The notes below the pieces were generated by a model. The model saw nothing but the letters and a program-made list of their open reading frames with translations. It had not been told where the DNA came from and made no database searches. A program made the translations under genes and the position numbers. 64,000 bases of DNA, from contig JAUZTB010000027.1 in the NCBI GenBank assembly GCA_034780895.1, forward strand, positions 44,217,689 to 44,281,688. Reading direction: 5' to 3'. The stretch is from Rhynchobatus australiae (Eukaryota). Below are positions 1 to 12,752 of the stretch, piece after piece; position 1 is the stretch's first letter; every line of letters starts with the position of its first letter.

Positions 1-1499
1 AGTTTCAATTGAATGTGAACGTTACCTATTTTTGTAAACACATTTAAACATCTAATTTAAAGTCAATAATGCAATTCAACGCCGGATATACTTTCAGCTA
101 TTGCAATGAATAGTGTCAAGCTTGCGTCTGTCGGGTTGGTTTTCGAGAGGAGCGGCGGGACCACATCCTGGACGTCTCTCAAATAAACAGCACGTCTTCG
201 TTAACATTCGTGGATAAGCAAAATTAGTCAACATCCAAACTGAAATATTAAGCCTACAATTTATAATTTTAAATGTAGATTGATTAATTCATATTTTAAT
301 CCGTGAACAATTTGTCGGTTAACTGAATAATAAATCAATGTGCATCTCCTTGCCACCGGATTTACACATGCAATTAGTATCAGATAACAAAATAAAGTGT
401 GATATGCAAAACAGCATTGTTACTTGCACTTGGACGGCTTTCAAAGTGCAACACGAACATAACGTGCCACACACTTTCTTGGAGTATTATCGGAATCAGT
501 GATAGTGGCGAGGGTGGACCGTATGATTGGAGGAAAAGAAAACAACTGGAAGTTGTAAAACCATCAACTGAAGATAATCCAAGCCATGACAACAAATCTA
601 ATTTAAATGGACATCAGAATTCATTAGATCAAATCAATTGAACCATTTTGCAGTTCTGCTGCTCAAAATGAAGACGAGTCAATGCATTTATTAACCTGTA
701 AATAATATTATTTTAATCAAAATCACCATTTAATTTCTAAACGCACTTTGGTAGATTGAGTCATAAACATGATGTTTGCTGCAGAGGTGGGTACAAAGTG
801 GGTCAAGGTGGATATGATGTGGGTGGAGATGGACAATGTAATAATATGCACGGCCTAGAATGTAGCTTTGCAAGTCGTGCTCAAAAAAATAGTCATGATT
901 TTCAAACCTTGGTCATGCAAAACATGGCTGCAGGTCATTCTGTTGAAAACACTCAGAATTCAGTGAAACTGCAACAGAAAATGTGCCAATTGTTTTGCAA
1001 TTTCAAGTCAAGNNNNNNNNNNNNNNNNNNNNNNNNNNNNNNNNNNNNNNNNNNNNNNNNNNNNNNNNNNNNNNNNNNNNNNNNNNNNNNNNNNNNNNNN
1101 NNNNNNNNNNNNNNNNNNNNNNNNNNNNNNNNNNNNNNNNNNNNNNNNNNNNNNNNNNNNNNNNNNNNNNNNNNNNNNNNNNNNNNNNNNNNNNNNNNNN
1201 NNNNNNNNNNNNNNNNNNNNNNNNNNNNNNNNNNNNNNNNNNNNNNNNNNNNNNNNNNNNNNNNNNNNNNNNNNNNNNNNNNNNNNNNNNNNNNNNNNNN
1301 NNNNNNNNNNNNNNNNNNNNNNNNNNNNNNNNNNNNNNNNNNNNNNNNNNNNNNNNNNNNNNNNNNNNNNNNNNNNNNNNNNNNNNNNNNNNNNNNNNNN
1401 NNNNNNNNNNNNNNNNNNNNNNNNNNNNNNNNNNNNNNNNNNNNNNAATTCTGGACACGTTCCCTGATATAACACAGTAAAGACTTTTTCCAGGTATAT

Positions 1500-2640
1500 T
1501 ATTTCAAGTCATACATACAGGTGAAATATTGAGAATAGTTCACGCAGAAATAACAATAAAAGGATTGGGCAGAGTCAGCATCAATGTACGAAAGAGAAAT
1601 CAGAATTGTCAATCCTTTGGCAATTTCTGAGGTTGTAACTCGTGAAATAGATGTGGAAGAAGCGCTTGATGTGGTGAATTTGTACTTTCAAAAGTCCATT
1701 AGTAGGTGTCACAGGTAAGATCTTGAAATGAAATTAGTTCGCTCACTATTTGAGGTAACTTTCTACTGTGGAAGGATGATTTAGTAAAGATAAACGACTG
1801 GGAATAAAGGGAATATATCTGGGTTTGGAGGCTGATGTGTTGCTGTAGGTGTCGGCAATGTGTGTGTGAATTATTTGGATAAGGGGATCGCATGTAATAT
1901 ATCCAGGTTTGCTGATGACACGAAACAATGTGGAATTGTGGCATGTGAGGAGCATACAACTGCTTTGGGCGTTATTGAACGCATGGAACCGGAAGATGGA
2001 ATAGAATATGGGAAAATGTGAGGCAGTCCACTTTGTTGGAAAAATTAGAAAGGTGGCATATCTTTCGAATAACAAGAGGTTTAAAAGTATTGGTTTTCAA
2101 AGGGGCCCGATTGTGCTAGTAATGAACCATTAAAAATTAATATACAGTTTCAGTGGGCACTTTGAAAATTGAAATGAATTGCGTGNNNNNNNNNNNNNNN
2201 NNNNNNNNNNNNNNNNNNNNNNNNNNNNNNNNNNNNNNNNNNNNNNNNNNNNNNNNNNNNNNNNNNNNNNNNNNNNNNNNNNNNNGAAATGAATTGCGTG
2301 GGAGGATTTCTACATAAGCGTAAGACTCCAACGAGAATGCAGCTGGAAAATGATAAGAGGTCCGATCTTTATGTTCTTGCTGTAGAAAGAATGCCGTGAG
2401 GTTTTACCAGATTGTTTGCTGTGATGCCAGGTTTTTCGTGTGTGCAGAGATTGAGCAGAGCGGGTCTATACTTTCTGGAGTTCACGATAATAAGTGCTGA
2501 TTTCATTGAATTGTAAGTAATTCTTTGGGGGGCTTGAGAAAGCGGAAATGGTGTTAACATTGTCCATGATTAAACGGCCTAGAACTAGGGGCCGCAGTCT
2601 GAAAGCAAGAAGGCGTGAGATGAAATTTCTTTTTGTCCAG
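1500..2640 (+). mobile_element. Old degenerate CR1-like LINE fragment (RT and 3' region)
   Basis: Decayed SKFADDT motif (tccaggtttgctgatgacacg) and a typical CR1 3' segment. Confidence 0.65.
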
Positions 2641-2644
2641 AGAG

Positions 2645-2719
2645 GAAGGAATCGTTTCGGAGAATTCCAAAGTCTGCTTATTTTTACGGCGGCATTTTAG
2701 CGATCGTAGTTTCCGCTCT
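2645..2719 (-). pseudogene. Decayed cytoplasmic (ITIM-like) exon remnant of gene A
   Basis: *NAAVKISRLWNSPKR aligns with HYAAVDFNRSRNVSRR of gene B exon 19091-19192. The preceding intron block (2895-2915) matches 19291-19312; a CR1 fragment abuts it. Confidence 0.55.
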
Positions 2720-3097
2720 TGGCATTGTTCCTGAAGAACATCTCTTGTTATCTGGCTCATTATCTTCAGTTGGTCACTTATTGCGATCAAATGTTTCAGT
2801 ACAATATGGATGACAATCAAAACTTAGTTTTTCACTGTATCTTGGTACATGTAACAATAGTAAAGCAAGTCCAATTCTGGTACTGTCGATTTAACTGAAC
2901 TAGAGGTCAAGTGCACTACTGTTTGCATAAAATTGTATACACAAAACTGTGAATACTAAGATGATGTTTCCGTTCTATTAATATTGAAACCTATCGATGT
3001 TGATGTTGCAATTATATAGTTTCAATAGATAACAGATTCAATAACTTCAATAACCTTGGCGGGTGTTACTAAAAATGTGCTTTCTCTGGATCTTACT

Positions 3098-3195
3098 CTA
3101 TTTTTTCTTAGTTCGACACCAAATCACGAGACAGAGCATTAGCATTAGAAGCATCAATCCAGCTACCGTACGACCAGGCTCCAAGGTAGAAGAAC
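3098..3195 (-). CDS. Gene A transmembrane exon with Arg and terminal stop
   Basis: [32 protein letters not shown]; TAG sits one base before a retained gtaag donor. The 99-nt exon frame matches the gene D TM exon. Confidence 0.8.
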
Positions 3196-6100
3196 CTGCA
3201 ACATTGTAAGGATATGTACTGTGGTGACTGTGAACTAAAATACACGAAATACTTAATATGTTCGTTGGGTTGGATAGGGTCACTAGTTACTTTCGAACAA
3301 TCTAACAGCGAAAACAAAACAAACACTGAAGCACAGAACATATAAATGTTTAAAAATATAATACGCAAAGTAACTTTTCCAACAATAAGGATGAGGTATG
3401 ATGAATTGATATGTGAAGAGGACTCCAGGTTTGGGTTACAAGAGTTACTGTAGGTTACAAGTGCTGGAAAACCAAGGATTGCTCAGTAGGGGGATTGGAG
3501 AGGTGCGGTTTCCAATAACTGGAAGAGCTTTCTTGGTTTTATGATTATTAGCTTATTAAACTAAAGGTAGATGTTTGACGACAGTTGCTCGACAATCTTC
3601 CCCTCGACACCCAAGTGAATTATAAAAGTTTCCAGGTTTCCATGAAGATTCTTTCAGTTTGCCCTGGGATTAATTTTAGAATTTTTTGCTTTAACTGGCC
3701 AAAATGGCATTGGGAACGACGAGTTTACGGGCGGTAGGGAAGGGAAAGGGAGAATAACTGGGGGAAGAAGAGAATAGAGCGTCAAGATCGAAATCTGAAA
3801 ACAAATAATTTCAATTGAATTTATGTGTATTTCACTTGCGAGTATCAGCAAAAAGAAATTGTACAATATATCGCTTTGCGAAATTAACAAGAGATGTCTC
3901 GCTTTTATTCGACTGTTGTCCTACCTTGGTTTAATTCGTGAACATAATAGACAGCAATTGCTGATGTGTTAAGGGAGATATGAGATACCAAACATGTATA
4001 ATTGCTGTCGTTCTGATCTGGCTCCGTAACGGTCAGAGAACTGGAGGCCTCGTACAGTCCCTCGGCGTTCTGTTCTGCCTTGGTATGTATTCCTATTGTT
4101 GTTTCGACGCCATTTTTATACCAAGTAAGCGTGAAGTTCATGGGATAAAATGCAGCAGTTTCACACACGAGAATATAGATCGCGGCTGAATTCCTTTCAG
4201 GTATTTTGGCGAAAACTTTCAGTGGGGTTGGGACAGCTGCCAAACAGAGAATAAACACAGATTAATTACCTCGCACCAGTGACAGATTATTTTTACTTAA
4301 AAAAGTATTATGAACCTCGAATCCCTGAACAAAAGTTGCACCTATTGGATATTACCCACATGAGCAAGTAATACCTAATCCATATCTCTAACAGACACTA
4401 GAATTTGCTAAGGCAGGCGGACTGAGTGGACGCTATGTGACGTCAGATGTTCATGTTTTCTTCCATCTCTTCCCGAAACCATGAGACTAGGTCAGTAGGA
4501 TGAGATTCTCTGCATTTATTGCACCCGGATAATGAATAACAATCTGCATATTACTGACGATAAAACGAGAAGGGTCGTTGTTTTTTTTAACGGGATTCAC
4601 AAAGGAAACATAGTAATTGAGAAAAAAAAACATTGTTTCAATCACTCAGAGCTATCGGCATCACAGCTCCTTCCTACTGTATTATTTATTAAAGGACGGT
4701 GCGGATCAGTTTTGAGGTATTCAAACACCAGATCACTGCATGAAGCAGCTGGCCACTTGTGGGTTGCACGCCAGGTTTCAAATCATTGATACTAATTTTG
4801 TTGTCCCGTGCAATATTAAGCAACAATGAAGGTAGTCAGAGAAAGAGCTGTGGGTTCAAACCATGGCTTTGGTAAGAGAGGCGCTTAGAAAGACGGGTTT
4901 TCTGTCACTTCGTTATCGAATATTTATTCCGTGCTTCAGCTGTTAGGTATTTAATACGTTGAATATATCCCAATCTATATTCCATTGTGCTAACATGATG
5001 CGCATTGCGGCACTAGCTGTAAAGCATTACCTAATTAAGAAATGCCATGCATAACGCTCCTTAACGTACGTTCCATTGTGCTTCGTAGACTCTTATTTAA
5101 AAAGACAGAGAGGCACGTTATTATCTAAAGGGAGTCGACTTAGGCTACAACAAATATGACAGTTTTAAGAGACGTCCTTAAGAACACACGGTGGTACGAG
5201 GTTTCGGAAGGAGATTGCAGAGTTTTCAGCCTTCTTCGCCCGCCTGGAGAAATTGCTTCCGGAGAGAAAGAAGGCGGCAGAATTGGAGAGCATAATTTGT
5301 TGGAGGTTTTTTGGATTAAAGTAGATTAAAGATTTATAAGGATTGTAAATAGATTTGGAAAATAAAGATGAGAACATTAAAAGCAAACCCTCGGGTTACC
5401 GCGGCCTATTGTTGGCCGGCAAACTGAAGAGAATCGGAAATTGTATGAACTAGGACAGTGGCAGCATAGCGTCTGCCTTCTGTTTCAAGAAATTTAGATG
5501 AATACCAAATAAACATTCGAAATACGTATTACCTGCAGTGTACTCTGGTTATTTTGTTAATTTACCATTCACTATTATAAGTGATTCGGTAGCATTTCTT
5601 GAAGCCATAACATCACGGGTCAGCGAACACCTACAGACTCCAGAATCTTGCACTCTGCAACTCAAAGTACCAACTTTCTTCACTCCCCGGACCAGTTCTC
5701 TTTTGTAGGCCTTTGTACATTGCAATCTTACTCGAGATTGTTCATTTAAATTTTAAACTACGGCAACTGCAAAGATCGTCTCCTCTCGGGGTTTTACTGG
5801 ATTTCTACAGAGTAAAGATCCATGGAGAACTATGAAAGAATTTTAAAATGAGGATTTTTGAATCTTAAAAACTTAGCGTCAGGTTACCAGTGTTGGCGAG
5901 CAGATGAAGAGAATAGAAAATATAACATCGACAAGTGGTATAAGTGACACCTTCGTAGTAAATCGGTTTCATCGCGTATTATATCCGATATAGGTAATGG
6001 ACAATTCATTCTCCGGTTATTTTCGCTTACCATTCACAATTAGAAGTGATCCGGTACCATTTCTTGGAGACATTCCTTGACGGGTCACCGAACAGTAATA

Positions 6101-6574
6101 GACTCCAGAATCTTGGATCAGTACATTCTNNNNNNNNNNNNNNNNNNNNNNNNNNNNNNNNNNACCAGATCGTTTTCTCTTGTCGTCACTTGTCCGTTGG
6201 TATTCATTCTCGCCCTGTTTCCACCACAGGACTCTTACCCAGGATTGGTCCTTAAAAATGGGCAATATGCAGTAGAAGACGACGTTCTCCCCTTTGGATG
6301 CAGCCACTTCTTTGGGAACTTGGGTTACACTGAACGAAACCTGATCCACGGCTGTCAGAAAACACAGTGAAGGAAAGGTTAATTCTGTTAAAGATGACAG
6401 GGAGATGAAAGAATAAAAGAGCCAACATAGTTGAGGAAGAATGTTTATCTGAGTCAAATGTAGGGCACCGATAATCAGATTTTAAATTAAAGGAGATGGA
6501 ACAAAGAACAAAGAGGTACCTGCGTAAATATGCCCACAGACTGTCAGGAAGAGAAACATCATACACACTACCAT
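3098..6574 (-). CDS. Gene A (whole span): SIRP-like IgSF receptor, leader-V-C1-TM with stop right after TM (candidate activating/short-tailed form)
   Basis: Four exons with GT-AG boundaries and consistent phase 1: 6574-6520, 6351-6031, 4236-3925, 3195-3098. Paralogous to genes B and D. Confidence 0.8.
3925..4236 (-). CDS. Gene A Ig C1-set domain exon
   Basis: [49 protein letters not shown]; has C1 hallmarks FYP, W, YxCxVxH; 312 nt, phase 1-1. Confidence 0.92.
5566..5715 (-). pseudogene. Degenerate duplicated 3' half of a V exon inside gene A intron
   Basis: Reads [29 protein letters not shown] followed by a gtaa donor. Upstream part has indels; downstream intron (~5390-5445) resembles ~5880-5925. 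Confidence 0.7.
6031..6351 (-). CDS. Gene A Ig V(J)-type domain exon
   Basis: [45 protein letters not shown]; acceptor tgacag, donor gtaagc; short N gap inside. Confidence 0.9.
6520..6574 (-). CDS. Gene A signal-peptide exon [18 protein letters not shown]
   Basis: 55-nt hydrophobic leader with phase-1 donor GCAG|gtac. Same layout as leaders at 26675, 29979 and 54288. Confidence 0.8.
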
Positions 6575-8639
6575 TCTGACGGATAGATTCAATTATGGAG
6601 TCTTTCCAAATGTGTGCTTGCAGTACTTATGGGAGGGTGTGGCTTATATTCCAGGAAGCAGGTCACAAAGTTGATTCATGACCTGTAACTGCCGGTTACA
6701 GCTCTGGATTCCATTAATCTTATTGCTTGCTAAATTCTGATCTCTTTTGCCTGTAAGAAGGAAGCCGACCTGAGCAGCAGTGTAAGGGAAGCGGGATGAT
6801 TTTTAATGTTTTTTTTCAGGGTCTACTCTCAGGTTTATTATTCTTCGCTGATGGTTAAAAATATACAAATTGATATTCAGAAATCGGGCAAGCTTTGGAA
6901 GCGGACGTTTCCCATCAGTTAAACAAGTCGCTCCTTCACAGTTATAAAGAAAACGAAATTAAAAATGATCAATTGAACGATTTACGTTAAATTATATGAT
7001 CAGTTCATGCTTTCACAATCAGTTAAGGATTAACAAACATTGGTAAATTCAAAAATTATATGTATTTACTTTACCTCTCAATCTCCGATCACCGAACATC
7101 TGATGAAGTATTCACATTAGTCCCAAATAATTCGGGTGGATCACTTCTTCATGTGGTCTGATCACAGATGTATTTCATAACTGTTGCTCCACATATTTGA
7201 GTTCATGACTTTGAATACATTGTATTACGCATCCGTCTCATCATCTTCGTCTCTATGCATTTACAGTTTAATACAATATCCAATACATTGTCCGATTAAT
7301 AAGTGCAATGATTCCAGTCATACGTTGTATTTGGTACAATGAAGTTGAAGGGAAGCGGTGATACATAACGTCTCTGAGTAAGTACGCATGGACAGAAGGC
7401 TCATAATCTAGCTGTCTTGCATCTGTAGGTAATGACGGCGGACAAGAGAGATGGTCCCAATATATTCTCATTTAGAAAACACAAAGAGGCTTTTGTCTCC
7501 TGCATATCTCTTCAATTATAAAATGTTAACTGAAAACGATACTCCGCCCATCGCATTTATTGGGAACAACAATCTGCTAGGGGAACTCAGCGGGTGGTGC
7601 GGCATCTGTGGGAGGAAAGGAATAGTCGACCTTTCGGGTCTAATCCCTGCATCAGGAATGAGATGAGGTGAGATGTCTTGTAGAAAGAGGGGAACGGGAG
7701 TAATAAGATAGGAGCCGGAGGTGATTGGTGGACTGAGGTGGGGTGTAAGATGACAGGTAGGTTGTACTACGTCGTGTAAGAGTTGTTGGGAAGTTGTTAG
7801 GAAGCACTACGATCTGTTTAATGATTTGACTGCAAGGTTTGATACATAAAGCTCACACTAAAGAAGTACAATAACAATCAGGCATCATGAAAAATAACAT
7901 TAACTCGCCTCTTCTGACTGTCAGTCGCGGGTTCGAACCCTTCAACTCCACGCAAAGCGGTGGCAGAATGAAATCTGTTGACATCAGACAGCAACGTGTG
8001 GGCGACCTGAATATTTCCCGAGATAATGTGAGGGCGATTCGAGGATTCTTTGCCAAAACGGCTCAAATTCTATAGTGGGGAAAAGGTGAGCAAGGGCGAT
8101 CGGCAATCGTGAAAATATCTCACAAGTGTTAGGGCAGCCACTGGTGAACGGACTAACCTTTGGAAATAGCGAGCCGACAGCAATTTGAGAATGGGGTATG
8201 GTGACCTCATGTTGTATCTTCTACATTCAAAGAAAATAAGGATGCCCGTGGAAGTCCTACTCTGGATATATATTCCACCCAAAAGGTATTGTCAGCGAGT
8301 GATAGAAACCCTTGATGATGAAAATTTATTCCGCCGACCCGACATTCTTTGCAGAACAGGTGATTCTTCTGAATTGTATTAAACCTTGGGTATGAGGTGG
8401 TAATCAACAGGAAGCTGTTTTTCTTTGCATCTTAACTAATTCAATGAGACAAAGTAAGGTTTGGAATGCATGTTGAGGGCATTTCTGTTTCGCTCTTCCA
8501 GCTCTACCCGTCTGTACCTCACATGAAGTGGGCCTATCCTGATAAGGATGGAAAGCATTTTTGTAGATCATGATGTAGGTGCCTGAGACAATTGCAGACA
8601 GCTTATCTCTATTAGTTTGACCGTAACACCCTGATGCTT

Positions 8640-9075
8640 GATGTTAGCTTTCATAATTCGTGGGATTGAGTTTAAAGCCGCGAAGTGATGATGCAGCTTT
8701 ACAAAACTCTAGTTAGACCACACTTAGAGTACTGTGTTCAGCTGTGGTCGCCACATTATAGGAATGATGTGGAGGCGTTGGAAAGGGTGCAGAGGAGATT
8801 TACCAGGATGCTGCCTGGATTAGAGTGTATGGAATATGAGGANNNNNNNNNNNNNNNNNNNNNNNNNNNNNNNNNNNNNNNNNNNNNNNNNNNNNNNNNN
8901 NNNNNNNNNNNNNNNNNNNNNNNNNNNNNNNNNNNNNNNNNNTGGAGGAATGTGGGATAGAGGGATATGCGGGAGGAAAGGGTTAGATAGTGTGAGGTGT
9001 GGTTTGATGGACAGCACAATATGGTGGGCCGAAGGCCCTGTATTGTGCTGCATTGTTCTATGGTTCTATGGTTCT
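8640..9075 (+). mobile_element. CR1-like LINE 3' end
   Basis: LYKTLVRPHLEYCVQLWSPHYRNDVEALERVQRRFTRMLPGL plus (ttctatgg) tail repeats. Confidence 0.9.
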
Positions 9076-11955
9076 TAAGTCTGTGGGACAGTTCCCAAGT
9101 TTTGAAACGTTATGCAGAATCGAGAAAAAAATGAAAAAAAGACCAAATGGATCCCTGGGATGTTGGACAATTAAAGAATTTAGATTTAAGGCGATTGACA
9201 CAATTGACACGATGAAAGGGTTTCTTTGCCACGTTAAAGCATTATAATATGAAATTCAGAGTTTTAAATCGTGAAGTAACCATATCACCGATGACACAAG
9301 AAAATGAATCAGTTTATTAGGAAGCAACTTCGGCATTGGCTTGTGCGTTTCCGGAATTAGACCAAAGACCACGAACATTTGACGTTTGTAATTCCAAGTT
9401 GGGATGGTGAGTTACTTGCAGTTGTTACCAGAGAAATTGGTGTTGCCATATGCTTGCTGTCCTTGGCCTTTCAGCTGACAGCAGTCATAGGTTTGGTAGC
9501 TTTTCTTGAACTGGACAGGCAGTAACAGTGGGACACATCGTGGATGGGACACATTACAGCCACGCAACAATGGCAATATACATCAGCTGGACCACGTGCT
9601 GGAAGATGGGAGTAATACGGATGGATGTTCACTGGTTGGCTTGGACGTGGGAGGCCGAACGGCCAGTTTCCATGCTCGATAATGGCATGGTCCTTGTGAA
9701 CAGAACGTACGTTTCGGGTCGTGCTTTGGGGACTTATCAATTCGGCTGCTTTGTCGTGAACATTGTCAAACGCTTTGATTGTCTAAGGGCATTTTCAATT
9801 TGTAAGACATTCGTAATTGAATAGCGAAATCACAAACAATTGTGAAATCAGGAGAAAACGTCTTCCCCGTTGATTTTATACCAGAAGGAAGTTTATTAGT
9901 TAAGTATCTGGAAACCACTGGGTTTTAGAATCTGTTCTGAGAAACTCTCCTGTTGTAGAAAAGTTGGCTTCAAAAAAGCTTCCAGTATTCTGCAGGAATT
10001 ATTCCAAATACAAAAGTTTCCAATTTCTCTAACTAATGCTGTGCACTCTCATTTATTTACTAATTGGTACATCATGGAAACCTGAAGGATTTTAACAAAG
10101 TCGACAAGCCTCTTATAACCGCGTAGGATGCAGTCTCTGCATGTTATCCGTCAAACAATAACCGGCCATTCGATTGAGATTCTCAAGGGAAACCGACCCT
10201 ACCAGAATTTTTAGTGGAATTGACACGTATTTTGTAGAACTTGAGTCTAGAAATTATGTGTTGGATATAAACAATGACCTAGCGTTCAGAATCATAATAA
10301 AGATACAAAATACATGGAGTCCGACAACGGCAGAATCATTAAGTAAAATATTGTTTAATTGAAATTTGTTAGAANNNNNNNNNNNNNNNNNNNNNNNNNN
10401 NNNNNNNNNNNNNGTGGTTAAAACATAATCCTTTACGACTTAATACAGAATTACCTTTTTAATATGTTGTTTATAATTATGTTATTATATAAACTTTTCC
10501 AATAGTTTCACTTTTCTTTAATTTGTAGTTTTAAATCAATATAGATGTCATCTGGGAAGTTTTATAATTCCTGACTGACAGGAGTGTGGCGTAACTTGGA
10601 TCAGACATGTCATACGAAAATGACGAAACAGGTTCAGCAGTGAGCGAGGAGGTTCCGGANNNNNNNNNNATGCTGAATGACTTAAAGAGATGACTGCAGG
10701 TGGTGGTGTTCCCATGTGCCGGCTGCCCTTGACATTCTTACTGGCAGAACTTATGGGCTTGGCATTTTTTGTTAGACGTAGGACAGAGAGTAACCGCGGG
10801 TCATGTTGCAGATGGCACATAGCCGGTTGTCGACTTGTTGAAGTGGATCTAGTGGGCCGAATTACCTGTTCCCATGCGATACAACTCTATGACGCCACGA
10901 CTCTAATGGACGAAAGGAGCGTTTTGGGTAGTGATTGGGGAACTCATCAATCCTGATGCTTTGTCATGGACTTTGTTAATCATCTTGATTGTTTTTAAAG
11001 TTGCGTTCATTCGAGCAAGTTAAAGGTGATTCATCGTAATCCTAACGTCTGCTTTGGTCACCGAGAAATGATTCTTTATCTAAAGGATACTGAACATTTT
11101 ATTTTTTCTGCTGTCCACATTATTAATGCCTTTGGTTCAGTTGGGTTTCTGGTACAATGTGAGCCAACACGATGTTAATTGCCATGGACTCGCTGAGAGT
11201 AGTGCTAATGAATCCCACGGAGAAGGGATTAGATGCTCTCTCGTTGGAGATCATCGTTGCCTGAAATTTGTTAGGTGCTACTCATCTGCTATATGTGAAT
11301 TCTGAGTGTGTCATGCTGCATACAGACACAAAGAGCTTCACAAACCTTTCCTGATTTATACTGGGACGGTGGTTAAAATATATAATCCGTTGAGATTTAA
11401 AATAGACTTATTTTAATCGTTTTTTTCATTTTATATTAAACAAACATTTTAATAGTAACTTTTTAAACATGAGTTACATCCCCTGTTCTATAATGTGTTG
11501 TATTTAGTCAATATCGAGGACATCTGGGCAGTATTATAGTTCCAGTATGATAGGAGGTTTAAGAGACGTGGTGAAAAGATGGAGATATGTGCAGCCAATA
11601 TATTTAATTTACTTTCGAATGACAATTTTATCAGATAAATTTTAACTGAAGTTACAAAGCTGTTGGGGAAGAGTTGTGTCACAAAGGCTGGTAGGTGATA
11701 GGTGAACCAGATGGGGAAAGAATGATGGGTGGATGGAACCAGCTGGTTGGGGGGTCAGAGACTGTCGTGATAGGTGTAAGTTACACCTAATATTTTACTT
11801 GTGTGGCTTACAACCTGATAGAATGAACATTGAATATTCCAGTTTCAGATCAGCCACGCCCCCGGTTATCTTCCATACATACTCACCCGTCCACCTAGTT
11901 TTCTTCTCCTCTTGCTTATCCCTTCCCACGCCTCACCCATCTCGTTCCTCCATCA

Positions 11956-12061
11956 GGCACGGTATTGTAGCGGTTAGCGTAACGCTATTACAGCGCCAGA
12001 GACCCGGGTTCAATTCCCGCTGCTGTCTGTAAGGAGTTTGTACGTTCTCCCCGTGTCTGCG
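11956..12061 (+). mobile_element. tRNA-derived V-SINE (HE1-like), 5' part
   Basis: A/B box head ggcacggt..agcggttagc..gggttcaattccc and core tgtacgttctccccgtgtctgc. Confidence 0.85.
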
Positions 12062-12161
12062 NNNNNNNNNNNNNNNNNNNNNNNNNNNNNNNNNNNNNNN
12101 NNNNNNNNNNNNNNNNNNNNNNNNNNNNNNNNNNNNNNNNNNNNNNNNNNNNNNNNNNNNN

Positions 12162-12291
12162 ACCTTGGAATGCGGGAGGAAACTGGAGCAGACACGGGGA
12201 GAACATACCGACTCCTTACAGACAGCGGCGGGAATTGAACCCGGGTCGCTGGCGCTGTAAAGCGTGACACAAACCACTAAACCACCATGCC
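12162..12291 (-). mobile_element. V-SINE (HE1-like), 5' part, inverted
   Basis: Reverse complement of the same SINE head. Confidence 0.85.
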
Positions 12292-12752
12292 TGCTCTCAC
12301 CCTACCATGCTGGGTGTTGTCGGAATAGTGTGAGAGGCTCAAGAAAGAAGTCAGAATGGGAATGGGTGGGGGGAATTAACGTAACAGGCAACTGGAAACA
12401 AAGCGTGCATCTAATTCGTGTCTGTTTTCCCAGTGTACGGATGGCCACATTGTGTGCGGCATCCGGAAGGAGTATTTGGGTCTCTGGATACTTTGAATGG
12501 AAGAGGTAAAGGGCAGGTGTTGTATTTTCTGCACTTTCCTGGTAAGGTGTCATCAGAAGGGTAATGGTTGGTGGAGGCAGGAGAGTGAACTGGGATGACA
12601 TTGAATGTACTCTTTCTAGAGTCCTAAACTTAAGCTAAGATCTTAAGTCTTATAGATGTCTATCAGTACCCTCAGTTTAGGGAGATTATACTGTATCAAC
12701 CTATAACGCAAAGACTAATTTACTTAACTACTTTAGTCTCCTTTCTGGGACA

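Noticed and set aside
1447-1475. Possible tail exon start (tatcag|GGAACGTGT) running into gap
   Set aside because: Too little sequence is visible, and gene A already terminates in the TM exon.
756-1480. Long ORFs in the track here and at 17.9k, 35.8k and 52.2-53.6k
   Set aside because: Artifacts of N runs translated as X.
3925-4236. Assignment of C1 exons to MHC, beta-2-microglobulin, tapasin or Ig constant genes; use of gene symbol SIRPA or NCR3LG1
   Set aside because: The context (V-J exon, TM, ITIM tail) does not fit MHC or Ig, and orthology to a named mammalian gene cannot be established without a phylogeny.
6363-6400. CACAGTG heptamer near gene A V exon as a possible RSS
   Set aside because: It lies in the leader-V intron, and there is no ACAAAAACC-like nonamer at 12 or 23 spacing. 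All V exons already include the G strand and end in splice donors, so these are not rearranging Ig/TCR segments.
7075-7120. Candidate upstream exon of gene A (GAGAG|gtaaag)
   Set aside because: Plausible as a 5' UTR exon, but its ATG is out of frame with the leader and there is no independent support; not called.
11956-12291. Inverted SINE pair as a hairpin element, and SINE heads as tRNA genes
   Set aside because: Two diverged SINE heads meet across a 100-N gap, which is common at contig ends; the heads are tRNA-derived but lack a full cloverleaf.
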